The notes under the pieces are model-generated. The model was not told the origin of the DNA. It did not search any database and saw only the letters and a list, made by a program, of their open reading frames with translations. From Gonapodya sp. JEL0774 (taxonomy: Eukaryota), in assembly GCA_027604505.1 (NCBI GenBank), contig JADIIX010000001.1:558001-622000 (forward strand): a stretch of DNA of 64,000 nt, in the 5' to 3' direction. The first letter of the stretch is position 1. Each line of letters opens with the position of its first letter. Shown here in pieces: positions 14,001-24,000 of the stretch. Position numbers and translations under genes: made by a program.

Positions 14001-14964
14001 GCTACTGGGTACACGAGGGAGGCTGGCGTCAGGAATTTGGAGAGGGAAGTAGCTGGTGTGGTACGAGGGCTGGCAGTGGAGTACACAGAGGGACAAGAGA
14101 AGGGCGCAACATACGAACCGCATGTGACACTGGAGAAGCTTGCCAAGATATTGGGGGTGAGTGAAGAGTTGCGGCTTTTGTTCTATCGTTTACCGATCAC
14201 GAAGCTAATTTCATCTGTACAGCCCGAACAATTCGACGACGAGGTTGCGGAACGGCAGTCGATACCAGGGGTTGTCACGGGATTGGCATGGACAGCGATG
14301 GGTGGCGGGCTGCTGTTTATTGAGGCAACAGAAATTCCGGGGAGGGGTCAAATCCACCTGACGGGCAAGCTTGGCGACGTCATCAAGGAGTCTGCACAAG
14401 TCGCTGTGGCTTGGGTGCGCGCTCATGCATCTGGTCTCGGACTCGCAAAGGATTCTCAGGAGACAGCGTTTGACAAGTCCGATATTCACATTCATTTCCC
14501 CGCCGGTGCAACACCGAAAGACGGTCCGAGTGCTGGAGTGACGATTGTGACGGCCGTTGTTAGCTTGATGACGGGCAAGGCGGTGAAAGATCACACAGCA
14601 ATGGTGGGTTGTGCAAGTGGAAGTCCATATGGAGCATGGACCCAGGAATACTGACTTTGCTCTGCTTTTGATGCTATGCCAGACTGGGGAAATTACCCTA
14701 CGTGGTCAAGTTCTTCCCGTGGGGGGCATTAAAGAGAAGGTTCTGGCCGCCCATCGCGGGGGAATCAAGAACATCATCATTCCCTTCCGTAACAAGAAAG
14801 ATCTCATCGAGATCCCTGAAAACGTGCGGAACGATATCAACTTCACCTTTGCGAAGCAAATTGAAGATGTTTTGGGGGCGGCGTTTAACGATGGGGAACA
14901 GTTGACTTCGAGATTGGGCAAAAAGAAAAGATTTGGAGAGCCAATAGTGGAGGCGAGGTTGTGA
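11030..14964 (+). CDS. LONP2: Peroxisomal Lon protease (LONP2-type)
   Basis: Lon N-domain start LPIIPLRN, Walker [10 protein letters not shown] (split by an intron at ~13321-13405), [19 protein letters not shown], Walker B FLLDEIDK, catalytic KDGPSAG and PVGGIKEK, C-terminal PTS1 -ARL* (14953-14964). Confidence 0.95.
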
Positions 14965-15171
14965 GTATTTCAGGACTTTGATGCTTCAGTGTGAAATGGT
15001 AATATGGTCTTGTAAATAAATCATCAAATATGATTTTATCGGTTGAAGATTGTGGTGTGAGCACCCGCATAGTGCTGTGCTTCCCACAACCGCCATGTGC
15101 GACAACATTTCCCATCACGACCGATTGACCGGTCGTTACCACTACGATGTCGATCACCAGTTCGCATCGAC

Positions 15172-17598
15172 ATGAACGTAAGCTTTTGTCACAGCTTTGT
15201 TTGAGCAAGATGCATCCGGGGATCCTTTTGTCGGGTGGCATCGTTGCCGCACATTCTTCATCCCCACACTAAGACGCGTCGTTTTGCCAATTGATCTGTC
15301 CAACTCCCCATCTTCTCTTCAGTTGGTCTAAATTTGTTTCAGTCTCTCGTGTCCTCGGCCGGATTTCAAGACGTTCATCCTGATTCGATTTCAGATGTTC
15401 CGCCAGACATCTGGCTACCTCTCCTAGAGAGCGTAACCGGCCGCAGAATACGGGGCGCGGAAAAGAGACCAAGGGATAGAAGAGAATGCCTGCGCAATAT
15501 TCAAATGTGAGCTAGAGGATGAGCGAAGAGGTCCCACGCATCGTTTCGCAACATCTTGTTTTTTCAGAGCTCTCGAGGCCATCGAAGACCTTCTTGAACA
15601 TTTTGACGTTCAGCATATCCTTGCAGAGAGTGTATACAACGGTGATCCGGACGCGGTCTGTGATCTCACCGAGGTTATTGGTGCTCTGGCTGTTGCGACT
15701 GGCAGACAGGAGCCGGCACAGCTGCAATCTGAAGACCGGGAGGGGAATATTTCGCATCGTTTTCTCTCAAAATTTGACGACGATGAAAATGAAAACTGCT
15801 CATTAGCATCGAACAAGAGCTCAAATCGACGGCTGAGCCATCCACATTATGCTCTTCGATATGAGGCCTCATCCACTGTTTCCCGCCCGACCTCCTGGGC
15901 ATCCACGTCTGGCAGCTTGCATAATGCTAGGCTTCCGCTGTCCAGGCATACGACTATCTCGCGTACTCCCTCGCGGAACACCTGGCAAAGTGGAGACGCC
16001 TCTCCACCATCAAATAGAAGAGATGATTCATCCAATCTTCGACAACGAAGTGCCTTGCCAAAACTTGGAGATATTGCAAGCCACGTCGTGGGCATTGATC
16101 AAGGTGAAGGCGAGAGTGAAACACCATGGGATAGCAATACCGGGAGAACGAGTCGACTGAGCACAGTAAGATTCATATGAATCGTCTCTGTGGCTCCAAG
16201 TGACACTTTCCCCCCCCTTTCTTACAGTTTTCGTGTACTGTTTCGAGTTCTGTTAATGTCCCAGACAGCGCCGAGACCTCCACGAATCCTTTGCTTAACC
16301 TCCACGCACTCCAACGCCGGGTTCGCGCCGCCCGTGAGCTCCACGCGCACGCTACATTGACAAACCCTTCCACAGCTTACAAGCTGAGATTGGGTTCCTA
16401 CGCCAAGCCGAAAACAAAAATGTCATCGAGGCGGCCTTTTGCTTTTGGGCCAGTTCGACGTTCTGCTTCCCTCCCAAAACGCAATTTTGGTAGTATCGCA
16501 GAAAAAATACTGTATGCGCTCCCAGGAGGTCCAGCGCATGGAGTTCCTCTAGCCGTTGCGAAGGAGGCTCGGCTTTTGGAACGAAAATTAGCTGCGGAAG
16601 GATTAAGGAGGGCAAGGAACCTCGAATGGGAAGCACGCGTGGGAGAAGTGAGCTTGTTAGTCGCTTACTTGACAACCAGTCCTCCAAAAAATTCTTCCAC
16701 ATCGATCAGGCCCGACAACATTCACGCCTTCCGGATCCATACATGACCAGGAGAGAGCGTACCGGGCGAGAGGCAGATCAGAAAACTGTTTGTATTGTCG
16801 ATGCACTCCCTCAATTCATAATTAACACGTCAACTCGAAAACTCCAGAGATTCAGGTCAGACATCTCAGCGAATGCCAAACACGCCCTTCTCCTTCAACG
16901 GGATCGGTATAGAACCGTCGTGCGACTCACCCACGAAGCGAAAGAGATGCAAGAGGAGGTCAAAAGGAAAGAAAAGAGTCGGCGAGAGGCGGAAGCGATG
17001 GTGAGTGCACGAACGGAAATGAATTTCTTATAACTCCATTGTTCTACTCAGCCCACGCATTTCTTATGGCTGGAAGCTTGTTCACCGTCTCTTCACGCAT
17101 CAACTTGCTGAGTCTCGAACGCACCGAATCGAGCAGGAAAGGGAAGCACGGTTACGCAAAAAGGAGGATGACATAAAGCGGGAACGGCACAAAGAGGGTC
17201 GGGAGGCAAGGAGAAAAGGAATGGCAGAAGCTGTGCAAGAGCGGCAGCAATCTCTTGAGCAAGAGGAAATCATTGCGGCAAAGGCTCATAAGGAGGTGGG
17301 CCTGCATTCAAACGAAAGCTCGCGGATACTTCTCTCCTGACTGTAATTGACTCCCAAGGCTCTGCGCTCTCTTCTCCGGGATCATCGTGAGGCCGTGCGC
17401 CAAAAGTTGACGAATGTGAGATACAGAATTGATGAGGATTTCCGGGTCTCAGATACTGTGAGGGTGCGCAGTCACTGAGTAGTTTTTTACGTAAAGTATA
17501 TCCATACGCATTCATTATTTGAGAACCAAGTTTTTGGCTAATGAAACCAGTCATATGCACGGTGGAGGTTGACTTCGCAAAATCGTCTCCCCACGTAG
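15172..17598 (+). CDS. CEP95-like centrosomal protein (DUF5745-type N-terminal domain + C-terminal coiled coil); start and end approximate
   Basis: Spliced translation DVPPDIWLPLLESVTGRRIRG...CLRNIQIALEAIEDLLEHFDVQHILAESVYNGDPDAVCDLTEVI resembles the CEP95 N-terminus as I recall it. The C-terminal MAEAVQERQQSLEQEEIIAAKAHKEALRSLLRDHREAVRQKL resembles the CEP95 tail. Confidence 0.65.
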
Positions 17599-18133
17599 TA
17601 TCAAATGTTGACCGAACATATCCCACACCATCGATAACGTCGACGATGCTGACGGGTATTTCCAAATCTTCACGAGTACCGATGGCCTCGGCAGTTAATG
17701 GTCTTCCGAGCTGGCGGTTCAGACGACGAGGACAGAGCCTCCACGTATCCAATCATGCAGTTTTATTGATAGGATCGCACACGAATTCACGAGCGCTTGT
17801 CGGGGAGTTCTCGATCCGGCCGGATAAGTTGAATGATTCTGGCGGCTCTGCTCTCACCAGCGAGGCGGATTCGTATTCGGTCCAATCCAAGGATATGCCG
17901 CATTCCACGGTGAGAGACTTTCGTATCATATAGCACCTCAGCTCGAAGATTTTACATAAAGTAATCGGACTTTGGTAGAGCTTTGCACCATCGACTTTAC
18001 ATTTCGAGCGTGCACAGCTTCACACAGGTCCGTTTGCTTCAAAGACCCACAAGGTGAACACATGATTGGAGCTTTCCCCTTTGTGATTCTACGTTTTACT
18101 CTCGTCTGACGCTGTCGGAGTTTCTGTCCCAAG

Positions 18134-20926
18134 TTTCTTGCGCATTCAAGCCATAAAGCGCGACTTTACTCGTCCACATCGGACAACTTCTCTTTGGTTC
18201 TTCCATGGTCATCCGAACAGCTATCCATATTCTCTGCCGTCAGGAACCCCGATTTTCGTGTCCTTATTGTTGACGCTAAAGCTGGTTCTGGCAAAACTGC
18301 CACTCTCATTGAGTGTCTCAACCATGTGCCTTCCCATTCTCGCATCCTCCTTTTGGCGTTCAATTCCGCCATTGCTCGAACACTTGCACATCGAATCGCC
18401 TCCAATCCCAATAGACGGAGTGACGTCACCGTGCGGGCGTGCACTTTCCACTCTCTGGGCTTCCGTGCTTGGAGGGCTGCTACCACGCTACCAGCATCTT
18501 CATTCCACATTCAGGAAGACAAAACTGCCCTTGTATTTCGCGATATCATCCTCCCCCGATCGGCGCATCTGGCTACAGACCATCATCACGCCTTCGCGAG
18601 CCAGGTCACACAGTTGGTTTCGAAAGCGAAGTTGCATGGTATCCCCCCCCGGCTTAGCTGTCTCAATGCGCTCAGTGCAGCTCAGGGGGGATCTTCAGAA
18701 CTATACACCTTTGCTTTCCTAACACCGGATACAGACGAAGCGTGGCTCTCCCTTGCCGGACGGTACTCGGTTCTCACCCCAAACGTCATAAATGAGGATG
18801 CCTACTCCCATTATCGTCAAGTTTTACTTCGCTATTGTCGTGAGACTCTTGCTGAATCTGTGCTGGTTGGTGCGGGAGGCGTCGGATCGCCTCACCTTCG
18901 AAAGCCCCCATACGGACTTGCTCGCTGGACGCTAGACTATGATGACATGGTCTACCTACCTGTGATTCACAACTCTCCGTTCGAACGGTGCGAGTGGGTA
19001 ATGGTGGATGAGGCACAGGATATGAGCGAGGCGAGGGCCGCCGTGGTTGAACGCTGTGTGGGTGGCGAATCATTGCGCCTGAGAGCTGGTGTGAGTCTTG
19101 CTACAGCAGGACTGGTCTCTGACGTCCCAGTTGTGTCTTCGCCCGTGGAAGGACTGGTGAATCGTCGGGGAGGGCGACTTTTGGTGTTCGGCGACAGATT
19201 TCAAGCTATTTATGGCTGGACAGGTGCAACCTCTGAGTTTTTGACTGGACTCATGAGCCGCGGGATACAGGAGACGAACACCTACAGTTCTAATGAACCA
19301 TGGACGCTTTCAATGAGCCCTGCGAAACTACCACCAACCCCGCCTGATCCTCGATTTGACGATTCTGATCTTATTCTCTCCGACCAATCGGAGATCCCCA
19401 GAGTGCCATCACTTCACCCGCCGATTGACCCATCGCGGCTTGTTAAGGTCCTTCCATTATCCATCTGCTTCCGATGTTCCCAATCTGTCATTCGCGAAGC
19501 TCAACGATACGTTTCCACCATTTCACCCCATCCATCCTCACCGACTGGTTTAGTTGAAGAACTCACTTATCTGCCGCATCCCCGCGATCTCACATTAGGC
19601 GGATTTTCGGTCATGGTCCTTTCTCGATTCATGCGAGAGGTTCTTAATCTCTCTTTTCGTCTTACGGCGTATTGGGTTCCTTGTTCTGTACAGGGTCGGT
19701 GCGCAGGATCAGCAGCCAGGCCCGTGGAGCTTTGTGAGGACGTTTTACGGAGAATCGCATACAGAAGTGGGGTCGGTCCAGATCGAGCGCGGTATGCGCC
19801 AATGACCTTTTTTTTGGAGGAACTGGCAACTTGGAGGGAAGAAGCTCTTTTCCATTATGCAGATGATGGTGGTGGTCCATATAGAGAACAAAGCAGATCT
19901 CAACCTCTTCCTCGAAAATTGGGTGGAGATTTGATGTCTCCTGACACGAATGAGGTCGCTGAGTGGGCTGTGCATGACAGAGTGGACACAGTGCTTACAC
20001 TTGCTCGGTATCCTCCCCGCCAACGGTTTCCAGACGGTTTCTCCTCTTGTGGAGACTTCATAGAAGAAATTCGGAGAGTTTATGGTCCTTATGAAGTTGG
20101 CGGTGGTCTGACCAGTGGAGGTCTTGCTGGGTCGTACCATGCTGGAGGTGATCCTGCCGGGGCGAGCGTCAATGCCCGAATTCTTCTAGCGACCGCACAC
20201 CAAAGCCGGGGACTGGAGCGCGATCGCGTGTATGTGCTCAATGAAGATACAGAGACAAGAACTCTCGCCTTGGAAGACCCTGAAAGATGGGCGAAGAAGA
20301 GAATACCATATGTAGTTGCAAAAAGGAGGCAGGCAAATATTGATTTGATCGAAGCCGTCGGACAATCGGAAGCAGTAGGACCCGATGAGAAAAATGAGGG
20401 GAAGGGAAAGTACAAGCGAAGGGCGAAGAAAAGCTTGGGTGATTCTCCCGTGCTTCAGTCGTGGGAGCGGGACGAACTCCGTAATTTGATGTACGTGGCC
20501 TCGACTCGTGCTAAGAAGGAGCTATTCTATGTGAAATGGGACGACCATGAGAATGACGGCGTTGTGAGGGACCCAACTGACGGAACTCTGTGGCTTGGGG
20601 AGGAGGCAGCACTCGCAAAGCCACTGGAGTTTGTGAGTCGCAGGGCAAATGTTTTCAAACCTGTGGCACAACCGTGGGTGTACATGGTTGGACGTAGTGT
20701 CAGCTTGGGGCAAGGAATGGTGGAGAAACGTCGACGGCCTTACGGAGATGTAACTGCAGAGTTGGATGTTGATCCGACATGGATATGGAAGGGTCCGCGA
20801 ACCGCGAGGGGTGGAATAAGCGAGTTCGATGTGGTCGTCCGTGATTGGTTTGCATACGGGGCGTTGTCGTCTGGACTCTCTGAATACGGACAACGTCAAA
20901 TTTTGAGCGTCAGTGGTAACTTGTAG
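18134..20926 (+). CDS. SF1 UvrD/REP-like ATP-dependent DNA helicase (main exon; ATG probably on an upstream micro-exon, e.g. 17895-17909)
   Basis: Motifs: Q (SEQ), I AKAGSGKT, Ia LAFN, TFHSLG, II VDEAQD, III FGDRFQAIYGWTGA, IV LSICFRC, V TAHQSRGLE, VI NLMYVASTRAK. There is no in-frame ATG before motif I; an AAG acceptor at 18131-18133 is in frame. Confidence 0.9.
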   Translation, partial: FLAHSSHKARLYSSTSDNFSLVLPWSSEQLSIFSAVRNPDFRVLIVDAKAGSGKTATLIECLNHVPSHSRILLLAFNSAIARTLAHRIASNPNRRSDVTVRACTFHSLGFRAWRAATTLPASSFHIQEDKTALVFRDIILPRSAHLATDHHHAFASQVTQLVSKAKLHGIPPRLSCLNALSAAQGGSSELYTFAFLTPDTDEAWLSLAGRYSVLTPNVINEDAYSHYRQVLLRYCRETLAESVLVGAGGVGSPHLRKPPYGLARWTLDYDDMVYLPVIHNSPFERCEWVMVDEAQDMSEARAAVVERCVGGESLRLRAGVSLATAGLVSDVPVVSSPVEGLVNRRGGRLLVFGDRFQAIYGWTGATSEFLTGLMSRGIQETNTYSSNEPWTLSMSPAKLPPTPPDPRFDDSDLILSDQSEIPRVPSLHPPIDPSRLVKVLPLSICFRCSQSVIREAQRYVSTISPHPSSPTGLVEELTYLPHPRDLTLGGFSVMVLSRFMREVLNLSFRLTAYWVPCSVQGRCAGSAARPVELCEDVLRRIAYRSGVGPDRARYAPMTFFLEELATWREEALFHYADDGGGPYREQSRSQPLPRKLGGDLMSPDTNEVAEWAVHDRVDTVLTLARYPPRQRFPDGFSSCGDFIEEIRRVYGPYEVGGGLTSGGLAGSYHAGGDPAGASVNARILLATAHQSRGLERDRVYVLNEDTETRTLALEDPERWAKKRIPYVVAKRRQANIDLIEAVGQSEAVGPDEKNEGKGKYKRRAKKSLGDSPVLQSWERDELRNLMYVASTRAKKELFYVKWDDHENDGVVRDPTDGTLWLGEEAALAKPLEFVSRRANVFKPVAQPWVYMVGRSVSLGQGMVEKRRRPYGDVTAELDVDPTWIWKGPRTARGGISEFDVVVRDWFAYGALSSGLSEYGQRQILSVSGNL

Positions 20927-21038
20927 AATTTTGTGCCAATCATCAACCACAGAAGTAATTTTGAGTATATTATTATTATATTTCACAATTGTTGATTGCA
21001 ATGACTCTGCAACCTCTAAATCAATTGCAAATGTAATA

Positions 21039-24000
21039 TTACCGGGTCCTCGCCTTCTTTCCTCTGTGAGGCGACTCCTCCTGTTTCACCTTCCGCTTTT
21101 CGGGTATGCTGGGTGTGCTGGGTTTTGTACTGGCGTCTGAATCCCTCAGCTCGCCGTCTGATTGTACTGAGGTCTCTTGATCGCTTACGTCTGAATCCAG
21201 ACTGCTTGAACTATCACTGTCGAAGAGTCCCTTTGCAATAGCCTTTCGTGCCATGGCGCTCCGCGGTAATTTCGGAGGACTTGCAACTACAGCAGTTGAT
21301 GAAGATTTCGGGCGTTCCTTTCTCTTAGCGTCGTCGCGGGAGATCACGTCTCTTCGTGCCCAGTCAGGGAACACGGAATCAACTGGGACAAGGCATTCTT
21401 GACCATCAGCGAAACGGATTCCCAATTTAATCTATTCGATAGGAATCGCAGCCGGTGAACGACACTAACTAGTCAAACAATAACGCCGAACTCACCTTAT
21501 ACGTGCGAATAATCTTCCCTTTCATAAATTCTGTGCTGAAACCCCTGTCATCGAGCTGATAAAGGCTCCACACTGTTTGTCCCATGGAGTACTGCCCATC
21601 CTTGCTCACATCTCGGCCCATTCTCTCAGCGAGCTCTTTTAGATCCAATTTGTACTCTACAAGCTTCTCGTTGGGCACGGACCATTCAACTGGCGCATCA
21701 TCAGAATCTGACTCTGGATTTGTGTCCCTGACAATGTAAGTACCAGTCTCGGGATTGTGCGATTCCACAGTAACGATGAAGCACTGATCGCGAGATTTCG
21801 ATTTTTGACTGCCACGGCCCATCGGAACAAACGCAGCGTATTGACCGCCAATAACAATTGTCCAGGGCACAATTGGAAGAGAGGTGGATGATGAGTTTGG
21901 ACCGAGTTGAGAGCCCACAGACGCTAACGCTTGGCGTCGTTCGATTTTTCGAGAACTGAGTCTTCGGCTGCGTGACTGATCCCCATTTCCGTTGTCCGAA
22001 ATCGCGTTACTGGTCTCCATTGGTGTGGTGCCTCTTGATGGTGGACCCTTCCTCGGTAGGACCTCCCGTCTAACTTTATTGTCCATCGACTGACCAGCTG
22101 CAGAATCTTGATGTTCCTCCTTTCGCACTAGCTCCTTCCTTCGTTCCGCTTTCCCATCTCCTGTTCTTTTCTTCTCCTCCTTCAAGTTCTTGTGGCTCGT
22201 CCAATCCCTACTAGAACTTCCCTCCTTCATTCTTTCACCCTTGGGCTGACTTTCCTTAGTGGACTTCCTCGAATCGCTATTCACAATCTTGACTTCCTCC
22301 CCACCCACACGCACTGACTTTTGGCCGGATTCCCGATCGGACACGAACTCCACTTTCAATGAGACACTTTCGGTTTGATTCTTTCCAAGGTCCGGAGATG
22401 TTGCACGCTCGCCGGCCAGCCTGAGAGAATCCTGCCTGCTCGTCGCCTCGCTGATGGCTTCCACACCGAATGCGAAATTTTCGCCGTCTTTCAGAGCCGC
22501 GTTCTCGGCGTGCTCGTCAGCTTCCATGGCAGTGTCTCCACGCAGCCGCTCAGAACTTGATCTTTGTCCCTCTTCTGGCTCGTTCACACTGTTTCCTCTC
22601 GTCTTTGCCTCCTTCTCTTGCCTGTTTCTTCCTCTCTCTTCCCGTCCATTTTCGTCCGATAGACTTCCAGCGGCCCCTTTTTGAATCGTGTGCACCTCTT
22701 TGTCGACCTCATCCACCTCCATTTTCACAGCTGGATTGACCTTTCGTGGTGATCGAGAACGCGACCTCGATCGTGCGGGGGACGTGGATGCTGATGCGAG
22801 CCCTGGTTTCTCGTCCTCAGTCTTGATGACAGCTTGATGAGGGGCCAAGAGGGAGTGCCTCAGCGTACACAACAAACCACCCCCACCCTTCTTACCGAAC
22901 CCGATCGACGGTCCACTCACACTTAGTTTGCGGTTCACCGAAGCCTCTTGCCTTTTTCTCTGCTTCTAAAGCCTCAGCTAGATAGCCTCGCAAGGTTTCT
23001 CCCAATAGTTCCTGAAGATAGACCTGGTTTGTCAGACGAGAGACAAATGCCTGGAAAGCTGGTGACCTGAGCAAAGCCACATCCAAAAGAGATCGCTTGA
23101 AACTAGAACCTTCAACAGTTCTCAATACACCACAAAACTCACCTCTCAACATCCATGACCATGCGTTCCTCAACTTGTCCTCTTTCCCTCCCTGCTAAAA
23201 ACTCCACAAACCCTTTCTCACACGCCGCCCACTCTTCACCACCCTTCTCCTGGATCTCAGTTGCCCTCTGTTCGGTAGCTTCGAGATCTGATGTTCCGAA
23301 ACGGTACACGTAGTGCCGAAGGCGGGCAAGCAGCTGCACTTTGAACCCTGCATCCTCACGTCCCATGTCCGATTCTCCCTTTGCTATATCCATCACTTTG
23401 GCTCGAAGAATGTCGAATGCTCCAGATCGCTTCACCGCAGTCGCCAGCAACCGTGGAGTAATTTCATGACCATCAGGAAGTCTCACCACCGGATCTCGCT
23501 TTGAATCTGAAGCTTCTGAGGGTGCTGGCTGTGAGGCTTGAGAGTTTTCCGTCAGAGGTCCGGACGATCGGTCCTCTTTGGCGGACGCTAACCCTGGCTG
23601 ACTCTGAGCCGGCTGTCCCGCTTGGCCCCTTCCATAACCATAACTCCCGCCATAACCCCCGTAGCCTCCATAACCCCCGTACCCATATCCTTGTCCTTGA
23701 GCCGGCCCAGGCATGTTTGGCGGCACTCCCGGGCCAGGTCCGCCATAGCCTCCTCGTCCACCATACCCAGCATAGCCGTACCCTTGTCCCTGCTGCTGTA
23801 TCATAATGGGAGGCACATCAAGTGATCGTCGAAATGGTGCACCCGCAGGTGGACCTGGAGGTGCTCCGCGCCCACGGGTGCGGGCGCCGGAGCGGGGGGG
23901 TGGAGGTAGAGGAGGGAGGTAAGATGGTGGAGCGGGTGGAGGTTCAGAACTTGGCGGAGGAGGCTGTGGCGGTGGTACCGAAAGCGGCGGATTAGAAAGT

